64,000 bases of DNA, from NCBI GenBank assembly GCA_049521795.1, contig JBEKOM010000002.1, forward strand, positions 1 to 64,000. The letters are read 5' to 3'. This document shows positions 1 through 9,114 of this stretch, piece by piece (within the stretch, counting starts at the first letter, position 1; each line of letters starts with the position of its first letter). The notes beneath the pieces are model-generated. The model searched no databases, was not told the DNA's origin, and was given only the letters and a program-made list of their open reading frames with translations. Source of the DNA: Candidatus Bathyarchaeia archaeon. Its GTDB lineage: Archaea; Thermoproteota; Bathyarchaeia; Bathyarchaeales; Bathycorpusculaceae. Made by a program: the position numbers and the translations under genes.

Positions 1-834
1 CCGGTTGTTCATTGGGATGAAGTGGGAGGCTTGGAGGAGGTTAAAGAGGAGTTAAAGGAGGCTGTTGAGTGGCCGCTGAAGAATCCTGAAGTCTTCAAGA
101 GATTGGGGATTCAGCCGCCTAAGGGTATACTGTTAATAGGTCCGCCCGGTTGTGGGAAGACGATGCTGGCCAGGGCTGTTGCAACTGAGAGCGAGGCAAA
201 CTTCATCTCGATTAAGGGTCCGGAGGTCTTTTCTAAGTGGGTTGGCGAGTCTGAAAGGGCTGTTCGAGAGGTCTTCAGGAAGGCTAGAATGGCTTCGCCA
301 GCCATCATATTCTTCGATGAGATTGACTCTCTTGTCCCAAGGAGGAGGCTGGGTTACGGCGACAGCGGCGTAACTGAACGCGTCATCAGCCAGCTTTTGA
401 CAGAAATGGATGGAATGATACGCTCAGAAGACATCATATTCTTAGCTGCGACAAATAGGCCCGACATCATCGACCCAGCTGCATTAAGGCCAGGCAGATT
501 CGATCGGCTGATATATGTTCCAGAACCTGACGAAGCTGCCAGGCTTGAAATCTTTAAGATTCACACGAAGAACATGCCACTATCAAAGGATTTGGACATA
601 AAGGAGCATCGCATAACGAAAGGTTACTCCGGCGCCGATATATCATCCGTGTGCAGAGAGGCCGCCATGAACGCTTTGAAAAGAGACATCAACGCAAAAG
701 AGGTTACCTTCAGCGATTTTGAGAAAGCTATGGAGAAGGTTCCACCAAGCATACCGCCAGAAATTGAGAATTGGTACAGGAGCTTCATGAATCAGATTCG
801 AAGGATGCAGAAGCCTACGCCTCTTGTAGTGTAA
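1..834 (+). CDS. cdc48: CDC48/VCP-family AAA+ ATPase, C-terminal D2 domain (5' end outside window)
   Basis: Frame open from base 1 ([15 protein letters not shown]); Walker A GPPGCGKT, Walker [31 protein letters not shown]. Confidence 0.93.
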   Translation, partial: PVVHWDEVGGLEEVKEELKEAVEWPLKNPEVFKRLGIQPPKGILLIGPPGCGKTMLARAVATESEANFISIKGPEVFSKWVGESERAVREVFRKARMASPAIIFFDEIDSLVPRRRLGYGDSGVTERVISQLLTEMDGMIRSEDIIFLAATNRPDIIDPAALRPGRFDRLIYVPEPDEAARLEIFKIHTKNMPLSKDLDIKEHRITKGYSGADISSVCREAAMNALKRDINAKEVTFSDFEKAMEKVPPSIPPEIENWYRSFMNQIRRMQKPTPLVV

Positions 835-1063
835 TCCCAGGAGCGACAGATAAATGTCAATTCACCCCTCTCTCTAGTCAACCTTTTTGATTCGCGCGCG
901 CGTTTTTTCGTCAAGCACAGCGCCGCACACAGGATCTCGCAACAGGATCACAGGACCGCTCAAGTAATAACCCTACATATTTCGATGAAGTACAATATAT
1001 AAAATAGAATGGCTTCAGCAATGCTTGGCAAATACGCGAATGGAAAAACCAACGTTTCAACGC

Positions 1064-1561
1064 TCACAGAACTTTTATCTGTTCAATTTTACGGGTTAGG
1101 ATCTCAACGATCCGGTCGTTGTTGCAGTGTATCGTTGGTTTGTTGCAGGCGGGACATTTAAAGAGAAGCTCAAATGCCTCTTCGAAGAGGAATCGCTTGC
1201 AGCCGGGCGTTTGGCAGCTGTAAAACTCGTGGCTTTTCTCGTATTCAAGCCGGGTTTCCAGTTTTTCTAGAACACGTCGCTTTTGGTTTTGGATGAAGCC
1301 TTCCAGCTGGTCTGGTTGGAGTCTCCAGTTGAAGACAAACCAGCCTGTTTCTTTGTCGCGGGACCGCCTGAGAGCCGCAATGGAGTGGTCGTAGAGCCTG
1401 TAGAGTGCCTTGCGAACCAGGTTGAGGCGTATTTGGGTTTTATCCGCTATCTCATTATCTGTAATCTCGTGAACCCCTTTGAGGGCCTCAACTACTCTAA
1501 CAGCATCCTCTCCGAACAACGCAGTCACCTTCTTTAGCGTCTCGTCATCCACAAAGAACAG
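1064..1561 (-). CDS. tfe: Transcription factor E (TFE alpha)
   Basis: wHTH TDNEIADKTQIRLNLVRKALYRLYD, GWFVFNW, Zn ribbon CQTPGC...FKCPAC; SD GGAGGTG precedes a probable CTG start at 1561 (ORF open to 1612). Confidence 0.88.
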   Translation of the reverse strand: MFFVDDETLKKVTALFGEDAVRVVEALKGVHEITDNEIADKTQIRLNLVRKALYRLYDHSIAALRRSRDKETGWFVFNWRLQPDQLEGFIQNQKRRVLEKLETRLEYEKSHEFYSCQTPGCKRFLFEEAFELLFKCPACNKPTIHCNNDRIVEILTRKIEQIKVL

Positions 1562-2160
1562 TTTTGAAACACCTCCGCTTAGACAACGCGCAGACGAGCG
1601 CGCGCTTGACACTTCTTTTCAATTTCAGAGGGCTTTTCGACGCAGATAAAATAGAAGGCACCGCTAGGGCTCCCCAAAGAGTTGGAGACGTACGTCCAGA
1701 GAATGATCGATATCACAGCGCCCAAAGGAAACACCGCCTTAACCTATATGGCTAGTGGACGTTAAATACAAATACGATATCTCTCAAAGCCTTATGTCTC
1801 CGGAAGAATCAGCTAGAATCCTAAGACTCCTTTAAAAAAGTTGAACCCCCGAGATGAAGCTTGATTGAACATAGTTGCCCTCCACCAGTTTCTTTAGTTT
1901 TCCCAGTTATATCTTTCTTGCAGCTTCTTGTATGCATTGGTTTTGATCCAATTTACCTTGACATATCAAGCCTTAACCGAAAAACTATCATGCCGAAACG
2001 TTTATTCAACACACACTTTGTAATCATATAATTAAGGACTAATGATCTAATCGCTCGAATTCTGATCGGCAATATGAGGAATTGCGTTTTGTGAAGGTTG
2101 TCCGGTTATGACCCTACTCTGTATGATAGAGACAGAAAGGATGGAAGAAAGAAAGTGGCA

Positions 2161-3105
2161 ATGTCTCAGCAAACGTTGCGGGATAAGTGTCCAGAATGTG
2201 GTAGTGTAAACCTTATCCATGATTATGATACGGGTGAGACTGTTTGCGGCGACTGCGGATTCGTTTTATACGGGCAAATGATGGATAAAGGACCAGAATG
2301 GCGCGCCTTCACCCCAGAAGAGAAAGCCTCAAGAGGCCGTGTTGGGATGCCAACGTCTTATTCTGTTCATGATAAAGGCTTGTCAACGGCCATTAGCCAG
2401 ATTGACCGTGACGCCTTTGGAAGAAAACTTCCATTATCAACGCGGCTGCTGATGTGGCGCCTGAGGAAATGGCAGATCCGTTCTAGGGCGCATTCTTCAG
2501 TTGACAGAAACCTTGCCCAGGCAATGGCTGAGCTTGACCGGCTCTCAGACAAGGTCTACATTCCACGGCCAATCAAAGAGAAGGCTGCGGTCATTTACCG
2601 TAAAGCCTTAGATAAGAGCCTAGTCCGCGGAAGGTCTATCGCAGCCATAACGGCTGCTGCGGTTTATGCGGCTTGCCGCGGAAGTGGAACTCCGAGAGCA
2701 CTTCATGAGATCGCGGAGGCAAGCTTGGTTGATAAGCAGGATATTGCTCGTTGCTACCGGCTTTTGCTGCGTGAACTTGACATGCACATGTCCATCCCTG
2801 ACCCACTTACGTACGTTTCAAAAATCGCTGAGAGAACAGGAATTTCGGGCAAGACCCAGGGAATTGCTGTACGGATTCTTCGAGAAGCCAGAAAGAAGCG
2901 GGCTGCTGTCGGAAAGGATCCTATGGGGTTGGCTGCTGCAGCATTGTATATTGCTTGTTTGCAGAACAGCGAGAAGAAGACACAGAAGGACATCGCTGAA
3001 GCAGCAGGCGTCACTGAGGTCACGGTGAGAAACCGCTACAAGACCCTGAAAAGGCAGTTGAAGCTAGAAGTGCCAGACCAGTCATCTTTGCGTTCTTCCT
3101 CGTAG
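2161..3105 (+). CDS. tfb: Transcription initiation factor IIB (TFB)
   Basis: Zn ribbon CPECGS...CGDCG, B-reader GPEWRAF, two cyclin folds, TEVTVRNRYK; start 2161 or 2098. Confidence 0.96.
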   Translation: MSQQTLRDKCPECGSVNLIHDYDTGETVCGDCGFVLYGQMMDKGPEWRAFTPEEKASRGRVGMPTSYSVHDKGLSTAISQIDRDAFGRKLPLSTRLLMWRLRKWQIRSRAHSSVDRNLAQAMAELDRLSDKVYIPRPIKEKAAVIYRKALDKSLVRGRSIAAITAAAVYAACRGSGTPRALHEIAEASLVDKQDIARCYRLLLRELDMHMSIPDPLTYVSKIAERTGISGKTQGIAVRILREARKKRAAVGKDPMGLAAAALYIACLQNSEKKTQKDIAEAAGVTEVTVRNRYKTLKRQLKLEVPDQSSLRSSS

Positions 3106-3473
3106 ATTCAAACGATAGGGCGCGCATGGTTGTTCCCAAATTGGCTAAAAATGGTTTTTATTCTTCTTGTGGAGTTTGGGACATTTTCAGGTATCGTGCA
3201 TGTCCATGCGTTTTATGACAAGTAGCTCTTCTCGAAAGCGTGCGCGTCAATTTCTGCTCACCTTCCAAGCATGCGCGGTTCTCATCGCAGATCTGTGCAT
3301 TATGTCACGGGTGTCTATCCAAGCCCAAACGTTATCGAACAAGTTCATGTCAATTTCCCGAATTTAGCAACACGCTAGCGCGCTTTGTCTAGGCGATTGT
3401 TGCTGTTACTTGTAAAAAGGTAAAAGAATTAGAAAACACTATAATTTGCATCAAACAGCTTGTAAGTGTCAGT

Positions 3474-4058
3474 TTGTTAAGGATCTTCGGTGGTTGGGTT
3501 ATTGGGTTGAATCGGTTTACGTCAAGGGAGAAGATCTTGATAGATGATGCTGGGTGGGGAGACCTTATCTTGGGCGTGGTAATCGGTGCCCTCAAGCCTC
3601 CAGACCGTCGGTACATGGAGCGCAGGATCCCTGTCTCGTCCTTCCAGCCGCCAAACTTTGAGAATAAGAAGTATTTGGATGACGCGGTGAAGATTGCCGA
3701 TGAGATCGTTGAGGTTATGCGGCCTGATGTGGAAACCCAGTTTAAGGTTTGCTCAGGATACGTTCTCTCCAGCGTACGCGGGCGCTTGCGAGACCGAGGG
3801 TTCAAGGTTGAAAAAGTCGAAATCACGGGCGAACTTCAAGAGATGGTTGAAAAAAGCTACATAAGATGGTGTGTCGAAGTGGGGGTGCCAGCGGAAACGC
3901 TGGAGGACAAGAGGCGTTTCTGGACACTTCTGGAATGGGTTAGGGAAAGACCTGAACTCAGAGAAAAACTTGTGAAGACAGGATGGAGAAGCTGGAAAAA
4001 GAAGTGGAGAGAAAAAGCGTTCGAAAAGTCTAAGAAGGAAGTGCGCTCTGTTACTTGA
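3474..4058 (+). CDS. Hypothetical protein with RNase HII-like N-terminal motif
   Basis: 194-aa ORF; ILIDDAGWGDLILGVVIG resembles RNase HII DEAGRG motif; start uncertain. Confidence 0.65.
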   Translation: MLRIFGGWVIGLNRFTSREKILIDDAGWGDLILGVVIGALKPPDRRYMERRIPVSSFQPPNFENKKYLDDAVKIADEIVEVMRPDVETQFKVCSGYVLSSVRGRLRDRGFKVEKVEITGELQEMVEKSYIRWCVEVGVPAETLEDKRRFWTLLEWVRERPELREKLVKTGWRSWKKKWREKAFEKSKKEVRSVT

Positions 4059-4168
4059 TTGCTTTATAAGGAAGTGTGCGCATAGGGCAGTAGCGTTCTG
4101 TTGTTGAAGGACGAGAAGAACACGGCAACTTTGCACGTACCAATGAATAACAAAATGAGTGATGGAAA

Positions 4169-4456
4169 ATGTCGGAAAAATCAGGAATCGTTTTCGTCGG
4201 AAGCAAGACGCCAATGGACTATGTTCTGGCAGTTATCACAAGACTGTCCGCGAGCGATGCCAAGGAAGTAATCTTGAAGGCGCGAGGGCGAGCAATTGCC
4301 ACAGCTGTTGACGTAGCTGAAATAACCAGAAATCGCTTCCTAAAAGACCTGAAAGTAAGCAAAATCTCAATAGGAACAGAGGAGATGCCACCGAGAGAAG
4401 GCGAAAACAGGGCAAGAATGGTTTCAACAGTGGAAATAGCCCTTACAAAAGAGTAG
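4169..4456 (+). CDS. albA: DNA/RNA-binding protein Alba
   Basis: VFVGSKTPMDYVLAV, ILKARGRAIATAVDVAE, VSTVEIAL. Confidence 0.95.
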   Translation: MSEKSGIVFVGSKTPMDYVLAVITRLSASDAKEVILKARGRAIATAVDVAEITRNRFLKDLKVSKISIGTEEMPPREGENRARMVSTVEIALTKE

Positions 4457-4555
4457 GAAAACCTGGCGGAACATGCGTGCCAAGTTAGCAAGGTGGATAG
4501 ACCCTCGTTGAATAACGGTAAGGTATTATTAAGAAACGGGCAACGATGAGAAACA

Positions 4556-5806
4556 GTGAAGCTTGCTGTCCTGGTCTACGAGTATCCCCCAAAGATCGTC
4601 GGTGGCCTGGGAACCTACTCGGCTGAAATAACTCGCCAGTTTGTCCTCATGGACAATGACGTTACAGTTTTCACGATGAATGATGATGCAAGCAGCCTAC
4701 CGACGCGGCAGATTTGGCGAGGTATCGAAATCCACCGGCCGCAACACATCGACATTTCTGACTCGTTGCCCGATGTGGTTGCAGAAGACATAAAGAAATG
4801 GGGTAGTGGGATACAGTGGTTCTCAAAAGTCCTCGTGTACAATTATCTGAGCGCTGCAAAACTCGTAAATGAACTGATAAGAAAAGAAAGCATCAAGTTC
4901 GACCTTATCGTGGCTCATGACTGGCTTTCAGCCATAGGCGGAATGACTGTTAAAAAAGAGGCAGGATTGCCTTTTGCGTTCCACGTTCACTCAACAGAGA
5001 AGGGAAGAACGTTTGGAAAGGGCTCGGTTACGGTGAGCAACATTGAACTCCACGCCGCCAAGGCGGCTGACCTTATCGTGACAGTTTCTTATGCGATGAA
5101 GGATGAGCTGGTAGGCCTAGGATTTCCGAAAGAGAAAATCCAAGTTGCTTACAACGGGGTCGACCCAAAGAAATACGATCCAGCAACGGTGACATCTGAG
5201 CAGATCAAGAAAGTCAGAGCGATGTACGATATCAAAAACGATGACTACATGATTCTTTTCATAGGCAGACTCGTCGGCGTCAAAGGCGTTGACAAGCTTA
5301 TCATGGCGTTGCCCCACGTTCTGCAGAAAAATCCAAAGGCAAAGCTCGTAATTGTGGGTCTAGGCGACTTGCAAGAATACCTGATGAATTTGGTCAAAGC
5401 CACGAAAATGAGCGATTTTGTAAAGTTTCGTTTCGAGTTTATCCCAGAAGAGGAACGTATCCTTCACTACGCAGCCTGCGATGTCGCAGTTTTCCCAAGC
5501 TTCTATGAACCCTTCGGAATAGTGGTTCTGGAGGCAATGAGTATGGGGCGGCCGGTTGTCATCGGTGCAGCTGGCATCAGCGGTATGCGGGAGATAGTCG
5601 TGTATCGCGGCGAGGAACAGTGCGGTTATCACGTAGATCCAAGCGACCCATCAGACATAGCTTGGGGCATAAACTGCGTCTTGGAAAACGATGAGAAAAG
5701 AAAGTGGCTGGGCAAAAACGGCAGAAAGCGAGTTCTGAACGAGTTCACTTGGGAAAACATAGCTGAAAAAACACTGGGGCTTTATGAACACATCATCAAA
5801 CGCTAA
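4556..5806 (+). CDS. GT4 family glycosyltransferase (glycogen synthase-like)
   Basis: EYPPKIVGGLG, AHDWL, HSTE, FIGRLVGVKG, YEPFGIVVLEAM. Confidence 0.92.
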   Translation: MKLAVLVYEYPPKIVGGLGTYSAEITRQFVLMDNDVTVFTMNDDASSLPTRQIWRGIEIHRPQHIDISDSLPDVVAEDIKKWGSGIQWFSKVLVYNYLSAAKLVNELIRKESIKFDLIVAHDWLSAIGGMTVKKEAGLPFAFHVHSTEKGRTFGKGSVTVSNIELHAAKAADLIVTVSYAMKDELVGLGFPKEKIQVAYNGVDPKKYDPATVTSEQIKKVRAMYDIKNDDYMILFIGRLVGVKGVDKLIMALPHVLQKNPKAKLVIVGLGDLQEYLMNLVKATKMSDFVKFRFEFIPEEERILHYAACDVAVFPSFYEPFGIVVLEAMSMGRPVVIGAAGISGMREIVVYRGEEQCGYHVDPSDPSDIAWGINCVLENDEKRKWLGKNGRKRVLNEFTWENIAEKTLGLYEHIIKR

Positions 5807-5892
5807 GCTTAGCGCGCGCGCTACGGGTTCAAGTCCCAACCAAAACCGAAATAGGGTGGAGCCGCTCGGCCCCGAACCAAAATGCGCGCGCG

Positions 5893-6102
5893 AAGCAAGT
5901 TCCGATTGCCTCTCCAAGGGAGGTTGCCTTAGGATATGTTATTGGCTTCTTAGAGGCGTATTCTTTTGGAATAATCTCTTCCGCGGAAAAGAGACCTCTT
6001 ACAGAACACGAACAAACAATGGAAAGCAACCAACTTCGAGGGACGATAAAGAGAAGACTGCCTGAAATTCTGGCAAACATTGTAACAATATTTGGCAAAT
6101 AA
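5893..6102 (+). pseudogene. Start-less 3' gene fragment (hypothetical protein tail)
   Basis: KQVPIASPREVALGYVIGFLEAYSFG...IKRRLPEILANIVTIFGK* begins right after the CG run 5884-5892; no in-frame start nearby. Confidence 0.55.
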
Positions 6103-6169
6103 ATCTGTAAAACTAAGCTTGTGCGCGCGCGCTAAAGTGTTTGTATAACGGACAGTCACGAAGCCGCCC

Positions 6170-6288
6170 GGACTTAGACCCAAATAGGTTCGAGTCCACT
6201 GCTTCAAACATCCTGTAACCAGCATTCTCTTTGTCTTAGGCCAACTGGTTCAGAGCTGCCCGTCCCCATACCCAAATGGGTTCAGAAC
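6170..6288. repeat. Pair of ~28-bp imperfect palindromes (T-arm-like family)
   Basis: GGACTTAGACCCAAATAGGTTCGAGTCC (6170-6197) and CCCCATACCCAAATGGGTTCAGAAC (6264-6288); inverted homologs of copies at 9611, 11746 and 11839. Confidence 0.7.
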
Positions 6289-6339
6289 CTATTTGTAAAA
6301 CGGCGATCGATCGGCGCGCGCTAGAACTATAAGCCTACT

Positions 6340-6936
6340 TTAAATGGCGTTCTTATATCCTTTCGCCACCAACCTTTTGTGGATGGAGTTCTTCAAAGCG
6401 CCCAGTCCTGCTCCTGTCTTTGCACTCACTGGGAATACGTGCTCTCCAACAGCAAATGGATAACCTTTGCCTATTTGATTTATGAACGCTTCACGGTTGA
6501 CCTTTAACTCCTCCTTATTCACCTTATCTATCTTGTTAGCCGCCACCAAAGGAAACTCACCTGAAGTCTCCGTCAAAAACTGAACCATTTCCACGTCCAC
6601 TGAGATAAAACCCTTCTTCTCCAAACGCCACGTTACCTCCGAGAACGTGGATATGTCTAAAACATGGACGGCCAAAGCTATGTTCTGAGCATAGGACTCC
6701 AGAAACTTGATGATCTGATCATTTTTCTTATCCTCCAAACGTTTGGAAGCTCTCATCATCCTACCAAACCCTGGCATATCTACAAGCACTAAATCGCCAC
6801 TCAAGGGATATTTTGATATCCGTCGCGTAGTTCCTGGTCGTTTACCGATTGCCACATCCAAGCCTATGACTTCTCTGATGATGCTACTCTTGCCCGCATT
6901 AGGCCTTCCAGTGAAAACCAAATACCTCTCACGCAT
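6340..6936 (-). CDS. engB: GTP-binding protein EngB/YihA family
   Basis: G1 GRPNAGKS, G2 RPGTT, G3 DMPGFG, G4 NKID, G5 SAK. Confidence 0.9.
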   Translation of the reverse strand: MRERYLVFTGRPNAGKSSIIREVIGLDVAIGKRPGTTRRISKYPLSGDLVLVDMPGFGRMMRASKRLEDKKNDQIIKFLESYAQNIALAVHVLDISTFSEVTWRLEKKGFISVDVEMVQFLTETSGEFPLVAANKIDKVNKEELKVNREAFINQIGKGYPFAVGEHVFPVSAKTGAGLGALKNSIHKRLVAKGYKNAI

Positions 6937-7166
6937 ACTGAATATTACATAAGACGCAGTATACTTGAATGTATCCTAGCCCACAATTTCCGAGTTACAA
7001 AAACTACGGCAAACAGTTTGGTCTTTCTTTAACACAGCTCCATCTCAAGGTCTTTAATGAACGCTATGCGGTCTTTTCTTGGAATACTTGCCCCCTAGTT
7101 TTTTTCCGAGCTTCAAAGAGTCTCCGTGCCGAAGTTTAAACCGCCGCAGAGCGCGCGCGAGACAGG

Positions 7167-7244
7167 TCATCTCTTTCTGCAGACAAACAGTATTTTTCCA
7201 CTTTCTTCTCTCAGATTGGCTTCAAGGATCTCGAAATGTTCAGA
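7167..7244 (-). pseudogene. C-terminal fragment resembling a class I SAM methyltransferase tail
   Basis: SEHFEILEANLREESGKILFVCRKR* starts immediately at the CG run 7245-7254 and stops just before the run 7151-7159. Confidence 0.4.
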
Positions 7245-7781
7245 GCGCGCGCGCCCGCTATTTGGCGGGGTTTTCTCCCGTATTCCCGATCGACATAGAT
7301 ATCTCCAGTTAGAAACGTGGTCACGATTGATCAAAAGGGCTGATAGAAGGTTCTTCTATATGGTTATTAATACAACAAAAATAACTGCGCCAATCATACA
7401 AATCATAAAAAAGTCCATAGACTCAGGGCCGCAAACAATCCCACCAATCTTCAAGCCGCATTTTCCTACTTCTTTTTATCAACTATTTTTTTTCCCTCTT
7501 TTTAGAGTGTCTTCGATGGACCTTTCGGGAATTTCTATTACTTCGCCTATATGTCATCTAATTCACTTTCTTTGTTTTGGTTTTTCGTTGCGAAACATGA
7601 ACATTTATTGTAGCGGTTTCTCATAAGACTTAGCTGGTGAAAGTCGAAATAATCATGGCGCCTATGATGATAATCACGTCAGTATGAAGGGATTTAAGTT
7701 TGGTCCTTTTTTCCCAAGATGATTTGACATTAAGTTGATTCTGAGGCGCCACAACACCATCTTCCAAAGTAGGCTCACAAT

Positions 7782-7899
7782 GAGCTTGTAGAGCAATTGA
7801 AAGAAGAGAAAAAACTCGGTGAAGGAATAAAGAGAAATTTGGAGAGTATTGGATATGGCGTCTGAGGAAGAGCCGCAGTCCAAGCAAAACGCGCGCTAG
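7782..7899 (+). pseudogene. Type I R-M hsdM 3' end overlapping a truncated hsdS start
   Basis: ELVEQLKEEKKLGEGIKRNLESIGYGV* (stop 7863-7865) resembles HsdM C-termini; overlapping ATG 7855 gives MASEEEPQSKQN, ended by CGCGCGCTAG. Confidence 0.55.
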
Positions 7900-8065
7900 A
7901 AGATGGATTAATTTATGGATATCATGATGACCATTTGACTAGGCTTCAAGCGATACTTCTATTACAGAAGTTGAATAAGTTCGGTCTAGTTGAAGGATTC
8001 AAGAGAACTCAAAGTCATTTTGGAAAATCAACCATTAAGTTTGTAGAATAAGAAGGTGAGAAAAG

Positions 8066-8203
8066 ATGAGTGAGAGAAGATACAACAGAAGTAAAAACTA
8101 CAGATGTCCATCATGTAGTCTAGAGTTCAAGAGTGAGGGAGTACCTAAACACTGTCCACGATGTCACTCTGTAATTGAGATTAAAGAAAATAATAGGAGA
8201 TGA
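8066..8203 (+). CDS. 45-aa CxxC...CxxC zinc-ribbon microprotein
   Basis: MSERRYNRSKNYRCPSCSLEFKSEGVPKHCPRCHSVIEIKENNRR; SD AGGTGA upstream; below the ORF-track cutoff. Confidence 0.7.
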   Translation: MSERRYNRSKNYRCPSCSLEFKSEGVPKHCPRCHSVIEIKENNRR

Positions 8204-8215
8204 CAGCGCGCGCAC

Positions 8216-8371
8216 TCAAGAGCGAGCTCTGGCCTCGTATGTTATCTCCATCATAGATTGCTTGTCAGGATGACGAACAAATATAACGGAACAAACGCTG
8301 TTTTCGCAGTAGTACTTAGCATCGCCCGTGTTCTTTTTCAATGGTTTGTCACATTCTGGACAACTAACCAT
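8216..8371 (-). CDS. 51-aa zinc-finger microprotein, paralog of 10648-10887
   Basis: MVSCPECDKPLKKNTGDAKYYCENSVCSVIFVRHP...; GAGGGAG upstream; shares SCPxCxxPL-YxCENxxCxVxFVRxP with 10648-10887. Confidence 0.75.
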   Translation of the reverse strand: MVSCPECDKPLKKNTGDAKYYCENSVCSVIFVRHPDKQSMMEITYEARARS

Positions 8372-8686
8372 CTTCAAACTCCCTCTTGGATAACTAAAGA
8401 AGATGATGTAAAAATGTTATGAATCTCGGATAGTGACGGGAACTCTTTCTAGTGCGCGCGCTAACACTTTTATTTAGGAACCCTTCAGTCTTGGAAGGGT
8501 TTCCATAGGTTCAATCCAACAAATGCAACTGGAGCCTGTCAGTTTGCTACAGGGTTGAATCGTTGGAAGCCCGTCTCTTTCCTTTTGAGGAAACGTGCAG
8601 TAGTAAAGTTTGCGTGCGCTGCTTAAGATTCTTGATGTTACAAAAACTATTAAAACATATTTGGCTTAATCTGGAATGGGGAGATT

Positions 8687-9106
8687 TTGATTCCTAAGAG
8701 AAACATCGCTTTGGTAGCGCATGACAATAAGAAAGATGATTTAGTGGAGTGGGCTCTTTTCAATAAAGGAACCTTGACTCTTCACAACTTGTACGCAACG
8801 GGAGATACTGGAAAGAGAATAATGGAGAAAACTAATCTAAGGGTCACTTTGCTTAAAGCGGGGTCTTATGGTGGAGACATGGAGATTGGCGCTTTGATTG
8901 CTAATGAGAAATTGGACTACCTGATTTTCTTCTGGGACCCTTTGCAATCTCTTCCTCACGACGTCGACGTTAAAGCGCTTCTTAGGATAGCTGTCTTGTA
9001 TAATGTGCCGACTGCTTGTAACAGGGCTACAGCGGATCTAATAATTTCCAGTCCATTGTTTCACAGTGCAGAATACGACTCGGCAAAGAAACGAACCAAA
9101 AAATGA
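8687..9106 (+). CDS. mgsA: Methylglyoxal synthase
   Basis: IALVAHDNKK, ATGDTG, GGDMEIGA, FFWDPL, PHDVDVKALLR, ACNRATAD. Confidence 0.95.
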   Translation: MIPKRNIALVAHDNKKDDLVEWALFNKGTLTLHNLYATGDTGKRIMEKTNLRVTLLKAGSYGGDMEIGALIANEKLDYLIFFWDPLQSLPHDVDVKALLRIAVLYNVPTACNRATADLIISSPLFHSAEYDSAKKRTKK

Positions 9107-9114
9107 CAGTGTGT

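Noticed and set aside
592-630. Apparent one-residue deletion in CDC48 ([13 protein letters not shown])
   Set aside because: The frame is intact; cannot distinguish natural variation from sequence error.
5823-5840. tRNA gene at GGGTTCAAGTCCC (also 9611 and 11746)
   Set aside because: Only a T-arm-like half; no acceptor, D or anticodon arms can be folded.
6990-7150. Possible glyoxalase/VOC remnant (RIAFIKDLEMEL) on the minus strand near mgsA
   Set aside because: Too short and degenerate to support.
7126-7626. 166-aa + strand ORF and the overlapping 7630-7887 minus ORFs
   Set aside because: Read through CG junctions or lie antisense to the hsdM fragment; composition is not protein-like.
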